From Candidatus Falkowbacteria bacterium RIFOXYC2_FULL_36_12 (GTDB lineage Bacteria; Patescibacteriota; Patescibacteriia; UBA11705), in the NCBI GenBank assembly GCA_001778235.1, contig MFGJ01000001.1:69302-133301 (forward strand): 64,000 bases of DNA. The letters run 5' to 3'. Made by a program: the position numbers and the translations under genes. Under the pieces are notes generated by a model. The model saw only the letters and a list, made by a program, of their open reading frames with translations, was not told the DNA's origin and did no database searches. Below, in pieces: positions 41,391-51,829 of the stretch; positions within the stretch are counted from its first letter, which is position 1; each line of letters opens with the position of its first letter.

Positions 41391-41855
41391 TTATTCAATT
41401 ATTATTTGTCTTTCTTGATCAGAAAGTTTGTTGCCTCCGGAGGCGGATGCCTTTACTTTGCGGATTTTTATTTTTGTAAAATTTATTTTAGATTTTTTGA
41501 ATTTTTTTTCAACTTTACTGCCCCATTCAATGAAAACAGCTGTTTGTGGATCATTTAAATATTCTTGTAAACCAATCTGAAACAGGTCTTCAGCCTCGAC
41601 TCGGTAGGCGTCTACATGTATCAATCTTTTGACTGAAGAATTTCTTTTTTTAACTGAATATATTTTCATTATAACAAATGTTGGGCTAGTTAGCCTATTT
41701 TTTATACCCAGTCCGGTGGCGATTCCTCGAATAAAAACGCTTTTTCCAGAACCGAGAGTTCCGTCTAATAAAAAAACTTCTCCGCCTTTTAGACTTGAGG
41801 AAAAGGTTGAAGCGAAATCAAGAGTTTTTTGTTCACAGTTAGAAAGATATGTCAT
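41391..41855 (-). CDS. tsaE: tRNA threonylcarbamoyladenosine biosynthesis protein TsaE (likely start MTYLSN)
   Basis: Walker A-like LDGTLGSGKSVFIRGI and the TsaE/YjeE pattern (LTSPTFVIMKIY). Confidence 0.7.
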   Translation of the reverse strand: MTYLSNCEQKTLDFASTFSSSLKGGEVFLLDGTLGSGKSVFIRGIATGLGIKNRLTSPTFVIMKIYSVKKRNSSVKRLIHVDAYRVEAEDLFQIGLQEYLNDPQTAVFIEWGSKVEKKFKKSKINFTKIKIRKVKASASGGNKLSDQERQIIIE

Positions 41856-41869
41856 AAAATTTAGTTGGG

Positions 41870-41995
41870 TTTCAACAAATTGCAAATCCGCTACAAATCT
41901 ACAAATAGTTGGTTTCAACAAATTGCAAATCCGCTACAAATCTACAAATAGTTGGTTTCAACAAATTGCAAATTCACTACAAATCTACAAATAGT
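41870..41995 (+). repeat. Three tandem copies of a ~41-bp repeat
   Basis: ccgctacaaatctacaaatagttggtttcaacaaattgcaaat x3, nearly identical. Confidence 0.8.
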
Positions 41996-42368
41996 TGGGT
42001 AGTATTCTTTTAAAGGTGACACCGTCATTATTAAATAGTGCCAAGATTCCAAGCTTGAGCCCCGATTGGGATAAGTAACCTTTAACTTGGTCAAAATCCT
42101 TCCTTGATAAACGATCTTTACATTTTAATTCAAGAATAATTTTGTCTTCAACAAGAAAATCAAAGTAATATTGACCTACTACTTCATCTTTAAATTTAAG
42201 CTTCGCACAAAGCTCCTTCGCATGTTTTAAACCAATATCACGAAATTCTTTTGAAACAGCACTCTGGTAATGTTTTTCTTTGTGCCCTGGCCCTAATTCA
42301 TTATAAACCTCAAATAAAACACCCACAATCTTATAACTCAATTCTTTATAAATCACTTTCTCGATCAT
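41985..42368 (-). CDS. GxxExxY-family protein (PD-(D/E)xK-like)
   Basis: GVLFEVY motif and the overall pattern of the GxxExxY family (KEFRDIGL...LELKCK). Confidence 0.6.
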   Translation of the reverse strand: MIEKVIYKELSYKIVGVLFEVYNELGPGHKEKHYQSAVSKEFRDIGLKHAKELCAKLKFKDEVVGQYYFDFLVEDKIILELKCKDRLSRKDFDQVKGYLSQSGLKLGILALFNNDGVTFKRILPNYL

Positions 42369-42415
42369 ATTTGTAGATTTGTGGCTGATTTGTTATATGC
42401 GGAATCTAGTTTTTT

Positions 42416-43468
42416 TTATACTAATTCCCAGTTGGGATCGGGTCGAAACTTTGTGGGGTCAATAAAATCATTATTTTTGAAATGGAAATAGGCCGGAAGT
42501 GTGATCATCACGGCATTGTCACCGGTAAATTGAATTTCTGGAATTTTAATTTCTACATTTGGTAATTGATGCTGACTCAAATTTTGGATTTTTGTTCGTA
42601 AAGCTTTGTTGGCGGAAACTCCACCACCAATTAATATTGATTTTACTTTCAGTTTTTCAGCAGCATTTAAAGTTTTCAAGGCTAAAACATCTGTAACAGC
42701 TTCTTGAAATTCGTGACACATTTCGATAATATCTTTGTCTTTTAGTTTTCCCATTTTTTCTAATTTGTACAAAACAGAAGTTTTGATACCTGAAAAACTC
42801 ATTTCAAAACCTGGTTTGTCAATCATTGGTCGTGGAAGTTCGATATTTTTTTCACCAAAAAATTTATCTGCAAATTTTGAAACAATCGGTCCACCAGGAT
42901 AACCGAGACCGAGCATTTTTGCAACCTTATCAAAAGCTTCACCAACTGCATCGTCTCGTGTTCCGCCGATCCATTTGTATTTGCCGTGATCAGACATGAG
43001 AATTAAATCAGTATGTCCACCTGAAACAACAAGTGCCAAGGCTGGAAAAAGTTTTTTTATATCTAATAATTTTTCATCAAGTAAACTGGAGTAAACATGA
43101 CCCTCGATGTGATTTACTCTGATTAAAGGTTTGTTCCATGCACTGGCTAGAGTTTTGGCGGTTTCAACGCCTGTCAGAAGAGCGGGCATAAGGCCTGGCC
43201 CGCCTGTAACGGCGATTGCGTCGATGTCAGATTTTTTAAGTTTTGCTTGTTTTAATGCATGATCGATTACGGGTAAAATTTGCTCAAGGTGCATACGAGC
43301 GGCGACTTCGGGAACAACTCCGCCAAATTTGGCGTGGATTTTCACTTGGCTTGATATGATGTTGCTCAAAATTTCAACTTTATCGGTGAATTCTAAAACA
43401 GCTGCGGCTGTCTCATCGCAACTTGATTCGATTCCTAGAATTTTTATTGGTTTTGTTGAGTTTTTCAT
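42416..43468 (-). CDS. tsaD: tRNA N6-adenosine threonylcarbamoyltransferase TsaD
   Basis: ILGIESSCDETAAAV N-terminus; Kae1/TsaD pattern. Confidence 0.9.
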   Translation of the reverse strand: MKNSTKPIKILGIESSCDETAAAVLEFTDKVEILSNIISSQVKIHAKFGGVVPEVAARMHLEQILPVIDHALKQAKLKKSDIDAIAVTGGPGLMPALLTGVETAKTLASAWNKPLIRVNHIEGHVYSSLLDEKLLDIKKLFPALALVVSGGHTDLILMSDHGKYKWIGGTRDDAVGEAFDKVAKMLGLGYPGGPIVSKFADKFFGEKNIELPRPMIDKPGFEMSFSGIKTSVLYKLEKMGKLKDKDIIEMCHEFQEAVTDVLALKTLNAAEKLKVKSILIGGGVSANKALRTKIQNLSQHQLPNVEIKIPEIQFTGDNAVMITLPAYFHFKNNDFIDPTKFRPDPNWELV

Positions 43469-43557
43469 GTGGTTATTATAGCTTATAATTTTAGGGAAAG
43501 AAATACTGATACAATTTTGCTAGACATAAAAATATCATCCTACGATGATATTTTTAT

Positions 43558-43631
43558 GGTACTCCCAAGGGGAATTGAACCCCTGTTTTCAGGATGAAAA
43601 CCTGATGTCCTAACCACTAGACGATGGGAGC
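43558..43631 (-). tRNA. tRNA-Glu (anticodon TTC)
   Basis: Cloverleaf on the minus strand: acceptor GCTCCCA, D-arm GTCTAGTGGTTAGGAC, anticodon loop TTTTCAT, T-arm AGGGGTTCAATTCCCCT, CCA encoded. Confidence 0.8.
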
Positions 43632-43719
43632 AGAATTGGTTAACACTATAAAATTAAGTTACTTATTATTTATTTAATACTCCAGGATGTCTGCCAGAGG
43701 CAGATCCGCCTTTGGCGGG

Positions 43720-43783
43720 AAAACCTGATGTCCTAACCACTACCTACCTATCGGCAGGCAGGGACGATGGGAGATAAAATATT
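43720..43783 (-). pseudogene. Partial duplicate of the 5' half of tRNA-Glu with a 21-nt insertion, diverging at the anticodon loop
   Basis: gaaaacctgatgtcctaaccacta[cctacctatcggcaggcaggg]acgatgggag matches the 5' half of 43558..43631; the 3' half is replaced by the palindrome gatctgcctctggcagacatc. Confidence 0.55.
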
Positions 43784-43997
43784 TGAATAAATATGCGAGA
43801 ATTATATCAAACTTTTCCTTATTAGTCAAGAATTACAATGGTATTGGATAAAAAAGCAATACAATCTTTATTAAACTAAGTCAATATTTAGAATTTTTCA
43901 GAAAAACTTGAAATATTTTTCATTTTAGGTTATTATTGGGCTAGAATACAGTATTTTTGAAATGCTGATTTTTAATTAATTATAAATGAAATAAATT

Positions 43998-44240
43998 ATG
44001 TCAGTACCAAAACGAAGAAAGACTTCATCAAAGACTAAAAAAGGCAGATCTCATCAAGCTTTGAAAAATCCAAATTACACAAAATGTCCAAAGTGCGGAG
44101 CCTCTGCTAGACCACACTATGCTTGCATAGAATGTGGTAGCTATAATTCCAGAGAAGTGCTAAAAACTCGAGCAACCAAGAAAGCTGGACAAAAAGCAAA
44201 GAAGGAAGCCCAGGCAAAAAAGGCACAAAAAACTAGTTAA
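43998..44240 (+). CDS. rpmF: 50S ribosomal protein L32 with a Lys/Ala-rich tail
   Basis: MSVPKRRKTSSKTKKGRSHQAL...CPKCG...CIECG zinc ribbon. Confidence 0.85.
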   Translation: MSVPKRRKTSSKTKKGRSHQALKNPNYTKCPKCGASARPHYACIECGSYNSREVLKTRATKKAGQKAKKEAQAKKAQKTS

Positions 44241-44318
44241 TTAAATTTTAATTAAATAGAATATGTTGGGATTACACACATATAATTGTAAATCTTAACA
44301 TTCTATATTTCCCAAACT

Positions 44319-46325
44319 ATGTCTGCAATTATGTATTTTGCTCTAGCCTGCGCTGGAGTAGCCATTATCTATGGTTTGATTCTGATCAAACAAGTTCTCA
44401 AATTAAAAGCTGGCAATGATACAATGATCTCATTGGCCAAAGCGATTCAAGAAGGGGCCAAGGCTTATTTAAACCGACAGTATAAAACAATAGCTATTAT
44501 TGGAGTAGTAATTGCCATCATTCTATACTTTGTAATTGATGGAATTACAGCGGTGGGATTTATAATTGGTGCGGTTTTGTCTGGACTAGCTGGTTATATT
44601 GGCATGAATATTTCTGTTCGAGCTAATGTAAGAACAACTGAAGCAGCAAAACAAGGACTGAAAAAAGCTTTAAATGTAGCGGTAAAGGGTGGGTCAGTTA
44701 CAGGTATGCTAGTTGTCGGTCTAGGCTTGCTAGGAGTAGCCGGATTTTATGCCTTTACCAATGATGTCCATGCCTTAATTGGATTAGGATTTGGAGGAAG
44801 TTTGATTTCAATTTTTGCCAGACTCGGTGGAGGAATTTTTACCAAAGCTGCTGATGTTGGGGCTGATCTAGTTGGAAAAGTTGAAGCTGATATCCCAGAA
44901 GATGATCCACGAAATCCTGCTGTAATTGCTGATAATGTTGGTGACAATGTTGGTGACTGCGCAGGAATGGCAGCTGATTTATTTGAAACCTATGCCGTGA
45001 CTGCTGTCGCAACCATGTTACTTGGTTCACTTATTTTTCAAAATTTTAATAACGGAATACTGTTCCCTCTACTACTTGGCGGAATTTCAATTCTAGCCTC
45101 AATCATTGGAACATTTTTCATGAAGCTCGGGCCAAAGAAAAATATTATGGGGGCGCTGTACCGAGGATTGTTGGTTGCAGGGTTGATTTCAGCGGTTGCA
45201 TTTTACTTTGCAACAAACTGGGCAATGGCAAACAATGGCCTTTTTACAACAATCAATATTTTTCTGGCATCATTGATTGGACTACTAGTTACTGGGGCGT
45301 TGGTCGTAATTACTGAATATTATACTTCAACAAAATATAAACCGGTAAAATCCATTGCCGAAGCTTCTACAACTGGACATGGTACAAATATAATTCAAGG
45401 ATTAGCTATTTCAATGAAATCAACTGCTTTACCTATTATTGTGATTGTAGCTGGGATTCTTGGCTCATATTATTTTGCAGAATTGTATGGAGTGGCAATC
45501 GCAGCCATGGCCATGCTATCTATGGCAGGGATTATTGTTACCATTGATGCCTATGGACCGATTACGGATAATGCTGGCGGAATTGCAGAAATGGCAAAGC
45601 TACCGGCTGAAGTAAGAAATGTCACAGATCCACTTGATGCTGTGGGAAATACAACAAAAGCTGTTACAAAAGGTTATGCAATCGGTTCAGCTGGACTGGC
45701 AGCGATTGTACTTTTTGCTGATTATACTCATGCATTAACTGCTGGCGGAGCTAATATACAATTTCTTCTAAGTGATCCAAAAGTTTTAGTTGGTTTATTT
45801 ATTGGTGGACTACTACCTTATTATTTTGGGGCTTTATCAATGCAAGCTGTTGGCAAAACTGCTGGCAAGGTGGTAGAAGAAGTACGAAGACAATTTAGAG
45901 AAATTAAAGGGATTATGACTGGCGAAGAAAAACCTGATTATTCAAAAGCAGTAGACATTGTGACTAAAGATGCAATTAAACAAATGATTGTTCCAGCGCT
46001 GATTCCTGTTGTTCTGCCAATATTAGTAGGGTTGCTACTTGGACCTGAAGCGCTCGGCGGATTGCTAGTAGGATGCATTGTTACAGGATTGTTTGTGGCG
46101 ATTTCTATGACAACCGGTGGTGGTGCTTGGGATAATGCAAAAAAATACATTGAAAATGGAAACTTTGGAGGTAAAGGATCAGAGGCTCACAAAGCAGCTA
46201 TTACCGGTGACACGGTTGGAGATCCTTATAAAGATACTGCTGGACCAGCAATTAATCCAATGATTAAAATTATCAATATCGTTGCTTTACTGATTGTCGG
46301 ATTAATAATTAAATTCTGGATATAA
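44319..46325 (+). CDS. hppA: Membrane-bound proton/sodium-translocating pyrophosphatase
   Basis: [18 protein letters not shown] and [18 protein letters not shown] motifs of V-type H+-PPases; ~16 TM helices. Confidence 0.9.
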   Translation: MSAIMYFALACAGVAIIYGLILIKQVLKLKAGNDTMISLAKAIQEGAKAYLNRQYKTIAIIGVVIAIILYFVIDGITAVGFIIGAVLSGLAGYIGMNISVRANVRTTEAAKQGLKKALNVAVKGGSVTGMLVVGLGLLGVAGFYAFTNDVHALIGLGFGGSLISIFARLGGGIFTKAADVGADLVGKVEADIPEDDPRNPAVIADNVGDNVGDCAGMAADLFETYAVTAVATMLLGSLIFQNFNNGILFPLLLGGISILASIIGTFFMKLGPKKNIMGALYRGLLVAGLISAVAFYFATNWAMANNGLFTTINIFLASLIGLLVTGALVVITEYYTSTKYKPVKSIAEASTTGHGTNIIQGLAISMKSTALPIIVIVAGILGSYYFAELYGVAIAAMAMLSMAGIIVTIDAYGPITDNAGGIAEMAKLPAEVRNVTDPLDAVGNTTKAVTKGYAIGSAGLAAIVLFADYTHALTAGGANIQFLLSDPKVLVGLFIGGLLPYYFGALSMQAVGKTAGKVVEEVRRQFREIKGIMTGEEKPDYSKAVDIVTKDAIKQMIVPALIPVVLPILVGLLLGPEALGGLLVGCIVTGLFVAISMTTGGGAWDNAKKYIENGNFGGKGSEAHKAAITGDTVGDPYKDTAGPAINPMIKIINIVALLIVGLIIKFWI

Positions 46326-46378
46326 TAAATTAAATAGAAAAGAGCTGCTTATTTGGCAGTTCTTTTTGGTTTCAAATT

Positions 46379-46732
46379 TTAATTTGTGAAACTTGATAAA
46401 GCTTGGATTTCTGACTCACTAGTTTTCAGTAATTTCAAATCCATTTGACCTAGTAACCTCAAATAATGGTTAAATTTATCTATTTCATAATGAACAGTCA
46501 AACCAATTGATTTACGATACCTAGCCAGATGAAGCCAATTCTTGGCGGATGCAATTCGGGATATTTTCAGCAGTCTCATAAGTTCCTGGCTAGAAACACC
46601 AATTTCCACTGATTTACCGGGATTTGTTGTCAAAAATTGGTAAATTTCTCTAACAAGTATTTCCACATCTTCGTTTTGATACCTTTGTTTGACCAATTCA
46701 TACAATATTTTCATTTTTCTTTGTAATGTCAT
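46379..46732 (-). CDS. Small putative regulator (possible HTH). The likely start is MTLQRK, after an AGAGAGGA Shine-Dalgarno.
   Basis: C-terminal region LMRLLKISRIASAKNWLHLARY resembles an HTH; divergently oriented to the downstream operon. Confidence 0.35.
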   Translation of the reverse strand: MTLQRKMKILYELVKQRYQNEDVEILVREIYQFLTTNPGKSVEIGVSSQELMRLLKISRIASAKNWLHLARYRKSIGLTVHYEIDKFNHYLRLLGQMDLKLLKTSESEIQALSSFTN

Positions 46733-46872
46733 GTTTTCCTCTCTTTCGGGTGAAACTTGACATTTTTCGCTAAAATTGGTAAGTTGTAGCATTAATCGGA
46801 CTTTGAAAAATGAATACTGTTATTTTAGCTTTTTTCCAAATGCAAAGCAAACGAAGGCAGAGGAGGAAGCTG

Positions 46873-47979
46873 ATGGCCAAAAATAAAAAAGACTTGAGTT
46901 TAAATCAAGCATACCGAGATTATTTGGTTGAAATTGGATGCATGGACAATGATGGTAACTTTGATGAAGGCAAGCTTAGTAGCTTTGCAGTTTCTCTGCA
47001 TTCTGATAAATGGGGATTGAAACAAATTGCTATGGATGTAAAAGGACTTGGTGTCCGAATTCAATCCAAACTTTATTTGTTAACGAAGGACAAGCGATTT
47101 GCACCGCGATCCCTTGATGAACTAAGAAAACTAACCGAGCTGGCACCTGAATTTGGTGAGGATCCAAATCAATTCAATGATTTGAAAAATCAGATTGATA
47201 GAAATATAAATGAATTCTTACCTGAATTTGCTGATAATAGAGTTTATGTAAAGATTCTAAAAAAATATAGAGTTGGTCACGCTGGTGGATTTATAGAAAA
47301 ATCAGCATTGGCAAGATATTTGAGTGTTTCAAGAAGTACCTTACTTTATTATGAAACCTATAAACATCCTGTAAACCCAGAAAATAAAATGAAGCTTTAT
47401 CTGGCTTTCAAGGAAATTGAGCTGGCACCAAGCAATCCACGAGAACAAGGCTTACTAGAACATTGGGCTGAAATAATTAAAACCCTACCATTTGTTGAAA
47501 CAGAGAAAACTGATGAGGACAAAACAATAGAATCGCAGCCTATTTCCATGGATAGAGCTGAACAAATTGAGGAAATCAAAAAGCAATTACTTGGTGATCA
47601 TGAATGGCTAGAAAAACTCAAAGATGCTTTGATGCTTGAGGAAATGACAGAAAAACTATCTGAAGTCAAAGTTCATGATGTGCCAGAAACTGAATTTGTT
47701 GATGAAGAATTTCTAGTTGCTCTAGAAGGTTCTTTGCGGGATGCGACTAACAGACTACAAACAATTTCTAGTCTAGATAAAATCAAAAATCAAAATGCAT
47801 TAAACGAAATGACCAAGGTATTTGCAGCTTTTGAAGATATTGTGATTGATTTGGTAGCAAAAGTTCAAAAAATTTCTCAAGGGACAATTGGAGCGAGAAG
47901 CGCTGAATTGCTACAAGATAGCCTTCGGCTTCGCGGGCAATTCAGCGGTCAACCGCAAAGACCAAAAGGGGGAAATTAG
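46873..47979 (+). CDS. Hypothetical protein with an internal HTH-like segment; partner of the GHKL ATPase
   Basis: Start MAKNKK after GAGGAGGAAG; HTH-like KSALARYLSVSRSTLLYYE; acidic and coiled-coil C-terminal half. Confidence 0.5.
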   Translation: MAKNKKDLSLNQAYRDYLVEIGCMDNDGNFDEGKLSSFAVSLHSDKWGLKQIAMDVKGLGVRIQSKLYLLTKDKRFAPRSLDELRKLTELAPEFGEDPNQFNDLKNQIDRNINEFLPEFADNRVYVKILKKYRVGHAGGFIEKSALARYLSVSRSTLLYYETYKHPVNPENKMKLYLAFKEIELAPSNPREQGLLEHWAEIIKTLPFVETEKTDEDKTIESQPISMDRAEQIEEIKKQLLGDHEWLEKLKDALMLEEMTEKLSEVKVHDVPETEFVDEEFLVALEGSLRDATNRLQTISSLDKIKNQNALNEMTKVFAAFEDIVIDLVAKVQKISQGTIGARSAELLQDSLRLRGQFSGQPQRPKGGN

Positions 47980-47981
47980 AG

Positions 47982-49967
47982 ATGGCAAAGCCACAGAAAT
48001 CAAACTGTCTTAGAGTAAAAGCTGGGGTTTCTGATATTGTTTTTCGAAGAAGAGTTGCTCAAAATAGCGAATTATCTGCAATCAGAGAAATTCTGGATAA
48101 TGCTATGGATGCTGGCACTGCTGAAGTAATCTGCTTTCTCGATAATCCTGAAAAACCAACAAGATTTACTGTGGTTGATACAGGAACTGGTATGGCACCT
48201 GATGCTTTTGAAGCATTTTTCAATTATGGTATGTCTTCGTGGAAAAGAACTAAAACAAAAGGTAGAAACGGTGAAGGTGCAATTTTTATTTTGCATCATG
48301 TGAAAAGTGTACGATATATTACCAAGACTGCTGATATTGACTTTGCTAGAACTTTTAGACTTGACCTTGATAGCTGGCTGAATCTGGTGACTACCAATGC
48401 TGAAGTAGAAATCCAAGAAATCCCCCTCGGAACTCATCAATACGAGCCAGAAGGGGCTGAATCATTTACGATTGTTGAGATGGAGCTTTACAAAGCAAAG
48501 GCTAACGCATTTACACTAAGTAACCTGATTGAAAATCTAGCTGAATATCTGGCACCTCAATATGTTGATCGTGTTTTCATCAATGGTGAAAAAATCCAAC
48601 CGATTGAAGGATTGATTCGAGTAAATCACACAAAAGAAGATCGAGTGCTGGGAGAAATTGTTGCAACAATCTACAGACCAAAGATGCGTAGAACAAAGTC
48701 AACACGATTCAAATTGTCGATTGGAGCATTTGGTCCGATTGTTGATTTTCATAATTTTGTAAGCCGTTTCCCAAAAGACTTACAACAAGATATTCCTTCA
48801 TTGTATTCTGATCCTGATGTTTGTGGCAACATTGATGTAGCGAGATTTAATGACTGGAGAGACGGCGCATCTAATGAATTTTTGTCTGATTTGTTTAATG
48901 AGAGAGCTCTACTTGAACAGTTTGTGCGATATCTGAAAAGTTTGGCAAAAGTAATCAGTAAGGAGTTTGGTTATTCTGATAGTTCAATGGCTGACCGAGA
49001 GGTGAAAAACCTAGAGGTATTGCGAGCTCAATCTATTGCTGCTTTTGGTGAAATTCCAAATCCACAAACAGAAACTACTGGCAGAAGAATGCCCCATACT
49101 TTCAATGTGTCTCCATATTCAAGCTTTATGGTACCGGGTGAAGGCCAGATTTTTGAAGTAGCTAAGTGTAGGAGAAATGATGTTTTTCACTGGGATACCA
49201 GTCATCTACCAAAGCATTCAATCAAACCACTTGACCCTAAAAATCAAAGCGTTGAAATTACAATTCTACAAGATGCAAAATATGAACTGAAAGAACAGTA
49301 CAGAATCATTGTGACTAGAAATGATCAAGAAGCAGAAATTAAAATTGCATATGTTGAGATCCAGCCTGTAAAAAGAATGAGGCTTCAGCCAAGATTCAGT
49401 AATGATCACTTGCCCAATGATCTTCTGGTAATCCAAGTAAAGGATATGCCCGGAGCAACCTTGAAACTTGAATGGTCAGTTGAACCAGCTGACGCTGGAA
49501 CCTTTATGAGATCGAAAAATATTATGACTCAAACATTTGTTTTTAACCGACCTGGCATGTGTACGGTAACAGCAAAAGATCCAAACAATCAGGCTATTGT
49601 GGCGCAAGGGAAATATCATTGTCGAGATTCAGTAAAAGTTGGTGAATATGAATCCGGAGTGATTGTACCCCAAATCAGACTGGTAAACACAATTATGACA
49701 ATTAGAACCTATAGAGATGACCAACTACCGAAGCAAGCTTATCTACTTGGCAATGAATCAGATGGTAACCATGTTGTCTGCAGAATTAATACTGCACATC
49801 CAGCGTACAAAGATGCATCAAGGACTGACAGTGCTTGGAGAACCTATGTTTTGACTCTGCTGGTACAACAGGATGTTTTTAGGAGATTTAGTTCAGGTAG
49901 TGATCAAAGACTCCGGTCAATCAATGATGTTGCAGATGAAATTGGCGAAATTCTTTCAAAATTTTAA
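47982..49967 (+). CDS. GHKL (Bergerat-fold) ATPase-domain protein; MutL/MORC/Hsp90-like N-terminus with a ~400-aa uncharacterised C-terminal region
   Basis: N box IREILDNAMDAGTAEV, G1 box VVDTGTGMAPD, G2-like KGRNGEGAIF. Translationally coupled to the upstream gene (3-nt gap). Confidence 0.65.
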   Translation: MAKPQKSNCLRVKAGVSDIVFRRRVAQNSELSAIREILDNAMDAGTAEVICFLDNPEKPTRFTVVDTGTGMAPDAFEAFFNYGMSSWKRTKTKGRNGEGAIFILHHVKSVRYITKTADIDFARTFRLDLDSWLNLVTTNAEVEIQEIPLGTHQYEPEGAESFTIVEMELYKAKANAFTLSNLIENLAEYLAPQYVDRVFINGEKIQPIEGLIRVNHTKEDRVLGEIVATIYRPKMRRTKSTRFKLSIGAFGPIVDFHNFVSRFPKDLQQDIPSLYSDPDVCGNIDVARFNDWRDGASNEFLSDLFNERALLEQFVRYLKSLAKVISKEFGYSDSSMADREVKNLEVLRAQSIAAFGEIPNPQTETTGRRMPHTFNVSPYSSFMVPGEGQIFEVAKCRRNDVFHWDTSHLPKHSIKPLDPKNQSVEITILQDAKYELKEQYRIIVTRNDQEAEIKIAYVEIQPVKRMRLQPRFSNDHLPNDLLVIQVKDMPGATLKLEWSVEPADAGTFMRSKNIMTQTFVFNRPGMCTVTAKDPNNQAIVAQGKYHCRDSVKVGEYESGVIVPQIRLVNTIMTIRTYRDDQLPKQAYLLGNESDGNHVVCRINTAHPAYKDASRTDSAWRTYVLTLLVQQDVFRRFSSGSDQRLRSINDVADEIGEILSKF

Positions 49968-50013
49968 ATAAAAAAATCGTGAATATTATTCACGGTTATT
50001 TTTTTTCAAATCA

Positions 50014-51663
50014 TTACTCGTCTTTGTCTATTTCTTGACTTTTAGCCATAAATTCTTCACGACGAATTCTATTGGCTTCGAGAATTGATTCCATTGCTTC
50101 GGTATAAAATGCTTGGTTATTTGGAATGGATTTTTTCACTTCATCTGCAATAGTACGATTTTGGAATTCTTGCCACAAATCACTACCTGTTAGAAGATAG
50201 GCGTATAGCCGACCTTCATCAGTAAGAAAGACTTTTTCTTCAATAAATTTCTTTCTAGTGACTTTGTTGGTTTTTTCATTTCTACTAATCCTAATCAGTC
50301 TTCTATCTGCAAGAATTGAAACAACTGAAGGATGTTCCTTGCTTGAACGGAAAATCCTCGTCTTATTATCAAAGCTTAGATAACCAGCTCCAACTAAATC
50401 TTTACTGACAGATTGTGGTCTCCGACCAAAATCTCCTCGACGCCTATCAACTCGATGGCCTGGTTTAGTTTTTTCTTGAATAAATCCCCAGAGAGCACAA
50501 ACAAATATTTCGGCCAAATCTGCATCAACAATTTTACGATCAGGCTTTTTAGCTACATCTTGTTTGGAATTAATAGTGGTGGGATAAGATTTGACATCTA
50601 CGCTTCTTTGACAAAATTCAGCAAAGCTTGCTTTGGCAGAGTCATAAGTCGCAATAAATTTTTCTAGCTCATCCAGTTGAAAGTTTTTAGGGTTTAATTC
50701 AATAGTATGGTTGCTAAGATCAACAGGATTGTATGCACGAATTTCATGCAGACCTAGAACCATGCCCCAAAATCGGCCTTCTTCGCCAACCAGCTCAAAG
50801 GTTGACATGTATCGCATCAGATTTTCTTTCAAGTATTCGATTTTTTTTCTGATGTCTTCAGCTTCAATAACTCGATAAACATCAACTAATTCATTAAATC
50901 TTTCAACCTTTTGCGTGAGAAGCTTTACTTTTGTTCTGATTCTTTCAAACTTAATTTTTGTTGGTTGAATCTCTCTGAAATCTTGTTCAATAATCGGCTT
51001 CATCTCTGGCAAGGTTTCTCTGGTAATCTTTTCAATTTTTTGTCCAACATCAATCAAAATTCCCCAAGCATCATAGATTTCCTGCTCAAAATCAGTTTCC
51101 CTACATTCAGCTTCAGTGCGATCAATTTCATTTTCAATTTCATCCTGTTGTTCAGCCAAATCACTATCAATGGTCTGATAAGCTTCAACTAATTTACAAA
51201 ATTCTACATAAATTGTTGTGAGCTTGCCACAAAGTTTACGCATAAAACTTGCTTCATCAGCAATCAAACCAGTTGAAGATTGAATTTGAAGACATTTTTC
51301 AGCTTTTTCCTGCAAAGCTTGGTTCAAGCCAACAATTTCTTCAGATCCATTAATTAGGTCTTTTTCAAGCGCCTTTAGCCTGTCAACAAGACGAGAAAAT
51401 TGAGCATGAAGCTCTCTTTCATCACCCTGCAAAATCAAATTGATTGAGGCAATAAGATGTTCGATGATTGATTTTGTTTCAAGTCTATTTTCCAAAATAT
51501 TGGAATGTATAAATGTTTCTTCGAGAAACTCTACCAATCGATCCAATTTTTCCATCAAATGTGAAATTTGCCCGCCATATTGATCAGATTTTTGCGGAAG
51601 TTTTCTGTTCATACCACCTCGAGATTTCACAACTGAAGTCTTTTTATCAAGATGCTTTACCAT
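50014..51663 (-). CDS. Hypothetical coiled-coil protein (549 aa)
   Basis: Start MVKHLDKK after GGGGAGGAG; long heptad-like, E/K/L-rich segments; no catalytic motif seen. Confidence 0.45.
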   Translation of the reverse strand: MVKHLDKKTSVVKSRGGMNRKLPQKSDQYGGQISHLMEKLDRLVEFLEETFIHSNILENRLETKSIIEHLIASINLILQGDERELHAQFSRLVDRLKALEKDLINGSEEIVGLNQALQEKAEKCLQIQSSTGLIADEASFMRKLCGKLTTIYVEFCKLVEAYQTIDSDLAEQQDEIENEIDRTEAECRETDFEQEIYDAWGILIDVGQKIEKITRETLPEMKPIIEQDFREIQPTKIKFERIRTKVKLLTQKVERFNELVDVYRVIEAEDIRKKIEYLKENLMRYMSTFELVGEEGRFWGMVLGLHEIRAYNPVDLSNHTIELNPKNFQLDELEKFIATYDSAKASFAEFCQRSVDVKSYPTTINSKQDVAKKPDRKIVDADLAEIFVCALWGFIQEKTKPGHRVDRRRGDFGRRPQSVSKDLVGAGYLSFDNKTRIFRSSKEHPSVVSILADRRLIRISRNEKTNKVTRKKFIEEKVFLTDEGRLYAYLLTGSDLWQEFQNRTIADEVKKSIPNNQAFYTEAMESILEANRIRREEFMAKSQEIDKDE

Positions 51664-51829
51664 GGTTTGCTCCTCCCCTGGTTTTCAATGAACTGATTTA
51701 CCAGTAAAATTACTATATTTTTGTATTTTTGTCAAGTGTTTCTACTTTTATGCTTGATTTTGTTAAAACAGGATGCTATAATCAAAAAACTATAAAGATT
51801 ATAATTTAACTAATTTTACTAATTTTATT

